64,000 bases of DNA from a virus (lineage: Duplodnaviria > Caudoviricetes). Shown piece by piece: positions 46,147 through 55,400 of this stretch. The stretch covers positions 8,410 through 72,409 of IMG/VR virus record IMGVR_UViG_2767802758_000001. One strand, 5' to 3'. Positions within the stretch are counted from its first letter, which is position 1. Each line of letters begins with the position of its first letter. The notes beneath the pieces are model-generated. The model saw nothing but the letters and a program-made list of their open reading frames with translations. It had not been told where the DNA came from and made no database searches. A program made the position numbers and the translations under genes.

Positions 46147-47070
46147 ATGAGTTCTGGCGCTAAAGTTACTAGCTACCTGGTTAAAGAAACCGTTCCCGGT
46201 GTGACTCCCGGTTCGGGCTGGCAGACGCTGCGCGTCACCGGCAACACACTGACTCCTACCCTGAACAAAGAGGAGTCCGAAGAAATCACCGATTCGCGCA
46301 TTGGTCAGGGTTCGATCGTGACCAGTATTGATATTGGTGGTGACATCACGGGCGAACTGTCCTACGGCACTTTTGACGAGCTGCTGGCGGCCGCCTTCTA
46401 CGGCGAGTGGAAAGAAAACAAGCTGAGCGTGGGCGAGACCCGCAGCACCTTCAGCGTGGCCAAAGCCTATCGTGACGTGGATGTCTACGCTCTGTTCAAG
46501 GGTGCACATGTCAGCACCTTTGCTCTGGAAGTGCTCGAGGAAGGCAAAGCCACCGTGACCTTCACGATGTCTTGCCTGGATTACGAAGACAAGGAAACTC
46601 CCTTTGCCACCGATCCGGCTGAACCCAGCCAAACCCCTTTCATGTCCTCGATCAGCGTGGGCGATGTGAAGGCCAATGGTGTGTCTCTGGCTGGCCAGGC
46701 TTGCGTGTCGGGCCTGACCCTGAACATTGACAACCAACTGCAGACCCAACGCTGCTTTGGTGCCGAGCGTTTGGGCCCCGGCGCCCTGATCGAGACCGCA
46801 GCCGCCATCACCGGCACGGTGACTCTGGCTTGGTCTCAGAAGGCGTGGGAGCTGTGGAAGAATCAGTTCAAACGCACCCCGATCGCCATTTCCTTCCCGA
46901 TCACCGACACCCTGGGCAACAAATACGAGATCGATCTGCCCGCCATTGAAGTTGATGGTGATCTGCCTAACGGTGCCAAGGGCGACATTCTGAAAGTGGA
47001 GCTGAACTTCACCGTGGCCAAGCAAACCCCCGTGCTGACTCGTAGCCCAGTTGCTGCGCCTGCACCTTAA
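46147..47070 (+). CDS. Major tail tube protein (non-contractile)
   Basis: MSSGAKVTSYLVKETVPG...ESEEITDSR; AGGAGAG RBS. Confidence 0.85.
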   Translation: MSSGAKVTSYLVKETVPGVTPGSGWQTLRVTGNTLTPTLNKEESEEITDSRIGQGSIVTSIDIGGDITGELSYGTFDELLAAAFYGEWKENKLSVGETRSTFSVAKAYRDVDVYALFKGAHVSTFALEVLEEGKATVTFTMSCLDYEDKETPFATDPAEPSQTPFMSSISVGDVKANGVSLAGQACVSGLTLNIDNQLQTQRCFGAERLGPGALIETAAAITGTVTLAWSQKAWELWKNQFKRTPIAISFPITDTLGNKYEIDLPAIEVDGDLPNGAKGDILKVELNFTVAKQTPVLTRSPVAAPAP

Positions 47071-47081
47071 GGAGCGATGGC

Positions 47082-47555
47082 ATGGCTTTGAAGATTAATC
47101 GCCTGGAATCGGTTCTGAGTCAGGAGCGGTGGGAGGATTACACCGATGACGTGTCCTTCAAACTGACCCGACTGGATACCGAGGCCTATCAAATTGCTCT
47201 GGAGCGAGTGCGACGTTTGATTGCCCGTGAAGATGCGGGCCAATCCCTGAGTTCCATTCAGGTGTCCGAGAGTGATGTCCGTGAGCATGACATTCAATGT
47301 CAATTGCTGGGTCGTTACATTATTCGGGATTGGAAAGGTCAGATTCAGGACGAGACCGGTCGTCAGGTTCCTTATTCGCCAGAGAATGCGGCGGCTTTGC
47401 TGTCTGGCGATAGCGATCTTTTTACCTGGGTTCTGTTGCACGCGGCTCAGTTGGCTAAAGAGGCTCAAGAGGAGGTCAAGGAAACAGTGGAAAAGTCCTC
47501 GCCCGGTTCCAGTGGGAAAAAGAGTGGGCCGGGCCAAGCCAAAAGCGCAAGCTGA
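47082..47555 (+). CDS. Tail assembly chaperone (gpG-like)
   Basis: Position after tail tube; IIRDWKGQIQD. Confidence 0.8.
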   Translation: MALKINRLESVLSQERWEDYTDDVSFKLTRLDTEAYQIALERVRRLIAREDAGQSLSSIQVSESDVREHDIQCQLLGRYIIRDWKGQIQDETGRQVPYSPENAAALLSGDSDLFTWVLLHAAQLAKEAQEEVKETVEKSSPGSSGKKSGPGQAKSAS

Positions 47556-47806
47556 TCTATGCGGAGCTGGGGACAGCCGTGCCGCCAGAGGCTCCCTCTG
47601 ATCCGATTACTGACCACATCATCATGACTTATCACGCGGCCAGCCGTTGTCGATCTGTCGTGATGGGGATGAGTGGTGTCTTTCCCTTGCCATTGAGTAC
47701 GGCCGATATTTCGGCCGTGGTCGGTGCTTACGGGACACCCTTGTCTCGTGCCGAGCTGGATGCTGCGGTATTGGCGATTGATGGCATGGAGCGTCAGAAG
47801 TCCTAA
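47489..47806 (+). CDS. gpT-like -1 frameshift extension of the chaperone
   Basis: Open -1 frame from GGAAAAG (47489-47495) reads GKVLARFQWEKEWAG...PLPLSTADI. Confidence 0.65.
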   Translation, partial: GKVLARFQWEKEWAGPSQKRKLIYAELGTAVPPEAPSDPITDHIIMTYHAASRCRSVVMGMSGVFPLPLSTADISAVVGAYGTPLSRAELDAAVLAIDGMERQKS

Positions 47807-47997
47807 GTTTGGCTTGTTATCTGGGCAGTCGAGCGGCTTGTGTAAGGCTGCTCGACTGCCCGATGTTCTGTTCAGGCGATGAGGAGAACAAGAACGAGTG
47901 ATTGCTTCACATAGTTAGTGTTGATGGCCCCGCCTGGGTTGGCGGGGCCTTTTTGTAGGCGAGAGATGCAGCGCAGACAAGCCTATTTTCTATAGTC

Positions 47998-49827
47998 ATG
48001 GAACCCAAAAATATGAAACAGCAGATCGCGGATCTGGAAAAGGCAATGAAGGCGCTTGATAAAGCGGGCCTGCGTCTTTCAGTGACGACTGTCAAAGCTG
48101 GCAACGCACTTGCTGATGCAGGGAACCAGTTTGCCCTGGCTGGGAAAAAGGCCAAAGCCAGTGCGCAAGCTATTGATCAGTTTATTCAGGCTTTGGATAA
48201 GGCCCTGCCCAAACGCCCTGTGGCGTCTCAGCCACCCATTGTGGTGGTGAATACAGTTGCCCCCCCTGTAGCAGCTCTTAGCCGACCTGTGAATGCACCC
48301 TCTACGGCTCCTGCTCCTGCTCCAGCCAGCACAGCGCCCAAGAAGGCTTCTTCTGGCAGCTCCAGCAAGAGTGATGAGGACAAAGGATGGAATGCAGGTC
48401 GTAAGGCGGCGATTGCCAAATACATCGAGGCAGCCTCTGATATGGCGACTCCGATGGAAAGCATTATGACCAATGCCTTTAGCAATCTGGAAAAAGGCCT
48501 GTTTGACTTCGTCAAGACAGGCAAATTCAACTGGAATGCCTTACTGGTTGGTGTAGCGGATGAGGCGCTGCGCATGTTGATCAAGGCCGGTATTGGAGCC
48601 GTGCTGGAGACGATCAGCGGGCCGAAGAAAAAAGAAGATGATGCTGCCGCCAAAGCCACCAAAGCAGTTAGGGATAAAGCGGAGCAGATACCTGCTGCAG
48701 CAGCGCAGGACTGTGTGCCTTGTTGCTGCACCGGTGGCAATCCTCTTGCTCCGATGCCGGATCCAGGTACGAATTTGTATGGCTTGCGTTTACCTGGCCT
48801 GACCCGGTTTGCGAATCCGAATGAAGACATAAATGCCCCCATGTTCGGCACCCGCTTGCCGGGCTATGGCAGCTATCCAGCCATGCCAGGAACCCCGACT
48901 CCCGGGTTTGGTACGTATTCCAATATGTTTGGTTCGCGCCTGCCCGGGTTTGGGGCAGAACCTTTCTCTTTGGATGGGCATGTGCCTGGTTTTGGGGGGA
49001 TGGGTGGCCCCGGTCCGACCTACGGCGGAAGTGGCTCATTCTTTGGACCACAGCCGGGGGCTTTACTTGGAGGTGGTGGGTCTTCGGATGCTGCGGGTAC
49101 CTCTTTCTTTACCGATGAGCTGCGCAAGTTTTCGGAGACGGCAATTGATGTGTCCGCGCTGACGCAGCAAGTGTTTGAGACCGCTTTTGAGAATATTGAA
49201 CAAACCCTGTTCAATTTTGTGAAAACAGGTGAGCTGGATCTACGTGGCCTGTTTGTCGGGATTAGCGATGAGGTCTTGAAGATGTTGATCAAGATCGGTG
49301 TACGAATGGCGGTCAATGCGATGTTGGGTGAAACCATAGGTGCAACAACTACCGCGACCAGCACCGCTCAAGCCGCCACTATTGCGGGGGCTTGGAGTGC
49401 GCCAGCCAGTTTGGTTTCTTTGGCTACTCAAGGTGCTAATGCTGTCCCGGCATCTTTAGGAATAGCAAATACGTTTGCTTTGACGAATCTTATGGGTGTT
49501 GCTCATAAAGGTATCGATCGTGTGCCGTATGAGGGAACCTGGTTGCTGGATAAAGGTGAGCGTGTGTTGAGCGCCCGTCAGAACTCGGATCTGACGGATT
49601 ACCTGCAGGACGCCGGTAGTGACTCAGGACAGGCTGGGGCCCAAGGATTCCAGATTAATGTGGCAGTCAATATGTCGCAAGGCGATGGCCAGACGCAGGT
49701 GGATGGCGACGATATGCAGGGCCGGCAGTTGGGGACGCTGATTGCTGCTCAAGTGCAGCAGACTTTGTCGCGTGAAATGCGACAAGGCGGCTTGTTATGG
49801 AATCAACGCAATGGATATTCACGATGA
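47998..49827 (+). CDS. Short, remodelled tape measure protein
   Basis: Two lambda-type TMP C-terminal domains (FVKTG motif) and AHKGIDRVPYEGTWLLDKGERVL. Confidence 0.85.
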   Translation: MEPKNMKQQIADLEKAMKALDKAGLRLSVTTVKAGNALADAGNQFALAGKKAKASAQAIDQFIQALDKALPKRPVASQPPIVVVNTVAPPVAALSRPVNAPSTAPAPAPASTAPKKASSGSSSKSDEDKGWNAGRKAAIAKYIEAASDMATPMESIMTNAFSNLEKGLFDFVKTGKFNWNALLVGVADEALRMLIKAGIGAVLETISGPKKKEDDAAAKATKAVRDKAEQIPAAAAQDCVPCCCTGGNPLAPMPDPGTNLYGLRLPGLTRFANPNEDINAPMFGTRLPGYGSYPAMPGTPTPGFGTYSNMFGSRLPGFGAEPFSLDGHVPGFGGMGGPGPTYGGSGSFFGPQPGALLGGGGSSDAAGTSFFTDELRKFSETAIDVSALTQQVFETAFENIEQTLFNFVKTGELDLRGLFVGISDEVLKMLIKIGVRMAVNAMLGETIGATTTATSTAQAATIAGAWSAPASLVSLATQGANAVPASLGIANTFALTNLMGVAHKGIDRVPYEGTWLLDKGERVLSARQNSDLTDYLQDAGSDSGQAGAQGFQINVAVNMSQGDGQTQVDGDDMQGRQLGTLIAAQVQQTLSREMRQGGLLWNQRNGYSR

Positions 49828-50165
49828 TGGAAACATTTACTTGGCTGCCTGAGCAAAAGGCAATTTCTGAGGAGGTTCAGTACCGTGTGCTCTCCGCTCG
49901 TTTTGGCGACGGCTATGAGCAAAGCGCAGGTGCTGGTCTGAACCCGCGACGGTCTGGCTGGTCTTTGATGTTTGTTGGTACCGAGGAGAAGATGAAGCCT
50001 ATTCAGGAGTTCCTGGACCGCCATGGTGAGGGGCGCGCTTTTCTTTGGACTCCACCAGGTTGGAGTGAGGCTATGGTGGCGCAGTGTCGCGGTTATACCA
50101 AAAATCATAGAGGTGGCCCTGTTTGGCAACTGTCACTCAGTTTTGAACAAGGATTTCGACCATGA
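49824..50165 (+). CDS. Minor tail protein M (distal tail)
   Basis: RFGDGYEQ...GLNP...AFLWTPPG. Confidence 0.9.
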   Translation: MMETFTWLPEQKAISEEVQYRVLSARFGDGYEQSAGAGLNPRRSGWSLMFVGTEEKMKPIQEFLDRHGEGRAFLWTPPGWSEAMVAQCRGYTKNHRGGPVWQLSLSFEQGFRP

Positions 50166-50905
50166 GCATAACGGCAGATATTCAAAAACTGGAACCAGGT
50201 GCCATTGTTGAAGTGTTTGAGCTGGATGCGGAGGAAATCGGTGCTGGTACCTTACGTTTTCATGGCTATCCGCAAGAAACTCCGGTTTGGTGGCAGGGAG
50301 AGCGCTACGAGCCCTGGGCCATTCAAGCCAGCGGTTTTCAACGTACGGGAGAGGGGCGTCAGCCAACGCCCAGTATTCAGGTAGGCAATATTGGTGTGGA
50401 TGAGAATGGTAAGAAAATCCCGGGTGTGATTTCTGCTATGTGTCGCTTGTATGGTGACTTGGTCGGTACACGATTTATCCGCCACCGTACCCTGGTCAAG
50501 TATCTGGATGCGGCCAACTTCCCTGAAGGTAACCCGACCGCAGACCCGACCCAGGCGTTCCCGCTGGAGGTCTGGTTGATTGAGCAGCGTGTTGCCAGCA
50601 ATGCTCAGTTTGTGGAGTTTGAGCTATCCAGTCCTTTGGACTTTCAGGGGCAGCAATTGCCAGGGCGCCAAATCATGACGTATTGCTCCTGGACGCGTGT
50701 GGGCGGGTACCGTGGCCCGTATTGTGGCTATACCGGTTCGGCCATGTTCGACAAGAATGATCAACCCGTACAGGATCCGGCCCTGGATCGTTGCCCCGGT
50801 TTTGTACGCAGTTGCCAGTTGCGCTGGGCCAGTGTCCAGAATTGTCGGCCAGAGCAAGCCGAGATCTCTTTTGGTGGTGAACCCGCTGCTGACCGAGTGC
50901 GATAA
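50162..50905 (+). CDS. Minor tail protein L
   Basis: FELSSPLDFQGQQLPGRQI...C...YRGPYCGY...DRC...SCQLR Cys pattern. Confidence 0.9.
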   Translation: MSITADIQKLEPGAIVEVFELDAEEIGAGTLRFHGYPQETPVWWQGERYEPWAIQASGFQRTGEGRQPTPSIQVGNIGVDENGKKIPGVISAMCRLYGDLVGTRFIRHRTLVKYLDAANFPEGNPTADPTQAFPLEVWLIEQRVASNAQFVEFELSSPLDFQGQQLPGRQIMTYCSWTRVGGYRGPYCGYTGSAMFDKNDQPVQDPALDRCPGFVRSCQLRWASVQNCRPEQAEISFGGEPAADRVR

Positions 50906-51080
50906 GGATGAGCTTGGCCCGTCGTACTTGTCCTCTGTTAAGCAATAGTTGGCTGCTGGAGGGTGGGTACTGCGGGCTGACCTTCAACTGATAGACGAGC
51001 CAGGTTGTGGTGTTCGGGGTTTTTTGATTTTAGTAAAGCGTTGGACGACCGCCATGGGCGGTTTTTTTTATGGGTGTCGT

Positions 51081-51863
51081 ATGAATAAAAAAACCATAGA
51101 AGCGATTAATGCGCACGCCTTGGCCGAGTATCCACGCGAAGCAGTGGGCTTTGTGGTGGCCAAGGGGCGCAAGGAAATGTATGTGCCAGGAGTGAATGTG
51201 GCCGCTGAGCCTGAAGACTACTTCGCCACCCGTCCGCAAGACTGGGTACAGGCCCAGGAGCAGGGTGAGTTGATTGCCTTTGTGCATTCGCATCCGAACA
51301 TGCCCGCGGTGCCCAGTCAGGCTGATCGGGTGGCATGCGAGGCAATGGCCGAGCACGTCAAACCTCTGGAGTGGCTGATTGTGTCGGTGATGCCTGGCGA
51401 TGATGGTCCCCAGATTGAGGGCATGGAGTCTTTTTGTCCCGAGGGTTATCAGGCTCCCTTGATCGGCCGTCAGTTCTATCACGGTGTGCTCGATTGCTAC
51501 ACCTTGGTACAGGATTTTTATCACCGGGAAAGGGCAATCGCTCTGCCAGACTTTGAGCGTGAGGATGGCTGGTGGGAGGGTGGGGACGAGTTGTATTTGG
51601 ATAACTTTGCAAAAGCGGGTTTTGTTGAGATCGAAGACGGCCCTAAAACTGGCGATGTGATCTTGATGCAGCTGCGTAGTGAGCGGGTCAACCATGCAGG
51701 GATTTATCTCGGGGCTGAGCCCTTGGCAGAAGCTTCTTATCTGCATCCGGTACCCGATGCCATGTTGCACCATGCCTACGGCTACTTGTCAGAGCGCGTG
51801 CCTTACGGCGGTTATTGGGCGCAGATTACCCGCAAGATTATTCGACATAAGGAGTTGTTGTGA
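51081..51863 (+). CDS. Tail assembly protein K (JAB plus NlpC/P60)
   Basis: YPREAVG, VHSHP, DCYTL, NHAGIY. Confidence 0.9.
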   Translation: MNKKTIEAINAHALAEYPREAVGFVVAKGRKEMYVPGVNVAAEPEDYFATRPQDWVQAQEQGELIAFVHSHPNMPAVPSQADRVACEAMAEHVKPLEWLIVSVMPGDDGPQIEGMESFCPEGYQAPLIGRQFYHGVLDCYTLVQDFYHRERAIALPDFEREDGWWEGGDELYLDNFAKAGFVEIEDGPKTGDVILMQLRSERVNHAGIYLGAEPLAEASYLHPVPDAMLHHAYGYLSERVPYGGYWAQITRKIIRHKELL

Positions 51864-52465
51864 TGATGGCAGCATCAATGGATCAAGAACTGCGAACCAT
51901 ACGGCTGTATGGCAAGCTTGGCAGCCGTTTTGGACGGGTGCATCGTTTGGCCGTCAATTCCCTGGCCGAGGCCGTAAGGGCCTTGTGTGTGCTGTTGCCA
52001 GGATTTGAGCAGGAGTTGATGACTTCTTGTGAGCGGGGGGTCTCGTACGCCTGCTTTCTTTCCAAGATGAACATCAATGAAGAAGCGCTTCATGCCCCGG
52101 TGGGCCAGGATGAAATACGGATTGCCCCTGTCATGCAAGGCGCCAAGCGAGGGGGGCTATTTCAAACTATTTTGGGTGTAGGACTTTTTGTAGCAGGGTT
52201 TCTGATGCCAGCAAGCTGGGCAGTTTTGGGCAAGGGCTTGATGATTGCTGGCGCGGGGCTGGCCCTGGGAGGAGTGTTCCAAATGATTTCTCCTATGCAG
52301 CAAGGTCTGGGTATAGAAGACCGCCCAGAGAATAAGCCTTCCTACAACTTTAATGGACCAGTCAATACAACGGCTCAAGGTAATCCTATTCCGCTCGGTT
52401 ATGGACGAAAGTTTGTTGGTAGCGCTGTCGTGTCTGCCGGGATTTACTCAGAGGATCAGATGTGA
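51863..52465 (+). CDS. Tail assembly protein I
   Basis: IRLYGKLGSRFGR...NTTAQGNPIPLGYG. Confidence 0.9.
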   Translation: MMAASMDQELRTIRLYGKLGSRFGRVHRLAVNSLAEAVRALCVLLPGFEQELMTSCERGVSYACFLSKMNINEEALHAPVGQDEIRIAPVMQGAKRGGLFQTILGVGLFVAGFLMPASWAVLGKGLMIAGAGLALGGVFQMISPMQQGLGIEDRPENKPSYNFNGPVNTTAQGNPIPLGYGRKFVGSAVVSAGIYSEDQM

Positions 52466-55400
52466 TGCGACTTCCTGATTACAACATTGCGGCGCCTGAG
52501 GGCGCCGTTCCTGTTTCGGGTGGCTACAGCGTTAAAGGCCACAAGGGTGGTAAAGGAGGGGGAGGCTCCACACGAACACCGGTTGAAGATGCCGATAACC
52601 TGCATAGCATTGCTTATGCCTCTATTGTTGACCTGATCAGTGCGGGCCCAATTCATGGTTTTGCGCATGAAAATAGCCCGCTACGTTCTGTATACCTGGA
52701 TAACACGCCGATTCAAAATGAGGATGGCAGCTTGAATTTCCAGGATGTTCAAATGGAGTTTCGAGCTGGGACGCAAGACCAAAGCTATATACCTGGTTTT
52801 CCAGCCGCTGAGTCTGCTACGGCTGTGAATGTGGAGTTGCGTTCTGATCAGCCGTTTACACGCGCCATCCAGAATATTCATATTTCTGGTTTACGAGTGG
52901 GATTGTCGGTGCGTGGTCTCAAACAGCAATCCAAGAAAACAGGCGATATCACAGGGTATCGAGTTGAATATGTGATTGAGCTGTCTACAGACAATTCGGC
53001 TTTTGTTGAAGTGTTGCGGGCATCCTTTGATGGCAAGACTACTCAACAGTACTCGCGCAGCCATCGTATTGATTTACCCCGTGCAACGACAGGCTGGTCA
53101 GTCCGTGTGCGTCGGCTGACCTCTAATGCCAGTAACTCGACCATTAGCGATACGACTTATATAGACTCGATTACCGAGGTGACTGATGCCAAGCTTCGTC
53201 GCCCCATGTCAGCATGCATAGGTCTACGAGTTAATGCCAAGCAGTTTCAAAGTATTCCGTCTCGTGCATTTGATCTGTATCTGCGTGTTGTCCGTGTTCC
53301 TAGCAACTACGATGCCTGGACTCATACCTATAGTGGTAGCTGGGATGGTACGTTCAAAATGTCCTGGACGGACAATCCTGCCTGGGTTTTTTATGACCTG
53401 GCGACTAATGCATGCGACGGTTTAGGGCGCTTGTTGCCAGCCTCCTGGTTGGATAAATGGGCCTTGTATCAGATTGCTCAGTATTGTGATGAGCAAGTTC
53501 CCGATGGTAAAGGAGGTACTGAACCACGCTTCTCTTGCAACGTGTATTTGCAGGATAAGGCTGAGGCTTGGAGAGTGTTGCAGGATCTGGCCTCTGTTTT
53601 TCGAGGCATTGCCTATTATGCTCAGGGAACTGTGTTGGCCGTGGCTGACATGCCGCGCGATTCCGTATACACCTACTCCAATGCCAATGTTGTGGATGGC
53701 ATCTTTAATTATGCAGGGTCCAGTCTCGCAACCCGTTATACCGTTGCCCTTGTGTCCTGGAATGATGAAACGGACATGGGCAGAGCCAAGGTTGAAGTGC
53801 TTGAAGACCCTGACGGCATTGCACGTTACGGTGTTCGACAACTGGAGCTGACTGCTTTTGGGTGTACCTCCCAGGGGCAGGCACAGCGCATGGGGCGAAG
53901 TGCCTTGTTTACCTCCCGGATGGAAACTGAAACGGTTACTTTCGGCGTTGGTTTGTCAGGGACACTCGCACAGCCTGGGCAAATTATTGAGATTGCGGAT
54001 GCTCATTTGGCTGGGCGTCGTATTGGTGGTTTGGTACGGTCTGCCACAAAATCGGAAGTCGTGCTGGATGCCACAGTGAAGGTTGCTGCTGGAGATCGTC
54101 TGACTGTTGTGTTGCCAGATGGTGTGTCGCAGTCACGTCCCATTGTGATTTCCTCGCAAGAGGCTACTGAAACCCAAACTGTCCAAGTTGACCCGCCCTT
54201 TAGTCTGGAGCCAGAACCAGAAGCGGCATGGGCTATTAGTGCAGCCGATCTGTCGACCCAGAAGTATCGGGTTATCAGTGTTGCCGAAGACGGTGATCTT
54301 AAGTACACCATCCATGCTGTCCAGTATGTGGATGGAAAACATGCCGCGATCGACTATGAAACTCGTGTGGAAACTGCACCGGTTAGCGTTGTTCCGCCGC
54401 CTGTTCAGAGCATTCCGGGCAATGTTTCAATCACTTCGTATCATGTTATTGATCAGGGTCAGGCCCGACATAATGCGGTGATTTCCTGGGACGCTGTTCC
54501 TAATGCTGTTGCCTATGAAGTGCAGTGGCGTCGGGATAATTCCGAGTGGGTTGTTGTACCGCGTACAGGTTCCACCAGTGTTGAAATCCCTGGTATCTAT
54601 GCAGGTGCGTATCGTGCGCGTGTACGTGCAATTAACGTCCTGGATGTGTCCAGCCTGTGGGGCAATTCAGATCTGATAGAGCTGTCTGGCAAGCTGTTGG
54701 CGCCTTTGCCTGTAACAGATCTGAGGACTGGCTCCATTCCTTGGGGTATACAAGTTAAATGGAGTTTTCCGGCCGATCCGAACATCATTGAGCGCACCGA
54801 GATCAGGTATAGCTCGACACAAAGCTTTGTAGATTCGCTGAGCGCCGGTGGTTTTGCGTATCCGACAGACTCATTCGAGCAAACAGGTTTGGCGGTGACG
54901 GCGCAGCATTTCTTTTGGGCACGCCTGATCGACAAAAACGGTACTCAAGGACCGTGGTTCCCGGCAGAGTCAGAGCCTGGTATCCGGGGTGTGCCTTCTG
55001 TATTAGCCAGTGACTATAACGAGTTGATCACCCCGTCCATAGTTGAGGGCGGCCTGGGCGAGCTGCTGATGGGCGACATCCGCGATATCCCCAAAATCCG
55101 CGATTCCGTGGGAGATCTGACTCTTGAGCTCGGTGAACTGAATCAACGGGTTGATGAGGTCAATGGCCAAGTACAAGAGCTGCTTCTTGCTGATAAATGG
55201 GATTCGAAAAAAGCCTATGCAGCAGGTTCAGTTGTCTTTGCCAATGACAAGATGTACCGCGCTAAAAAGGCTGTACCGGCAGGCAAGAAGATAACGGATG
55301 CGGCGTATTGGGTGTTGATCGGAGACTTCGCCTCGATCACTGATGGTCTTGCTGCTCTGGCGGTCCAGTCGCAGGAGACGATCAGCCGGGTGGAGAGTGC

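Noticed and set aside
46075-47025. 316-aa minus-strand ORF
   Set aside because: Antisense shadow of the tail tube gene
50949-51080. N-terminal extension of gpK
   Set aside because: Spans a terminator hairpin; ATG at 51081 matches typical gpK starts
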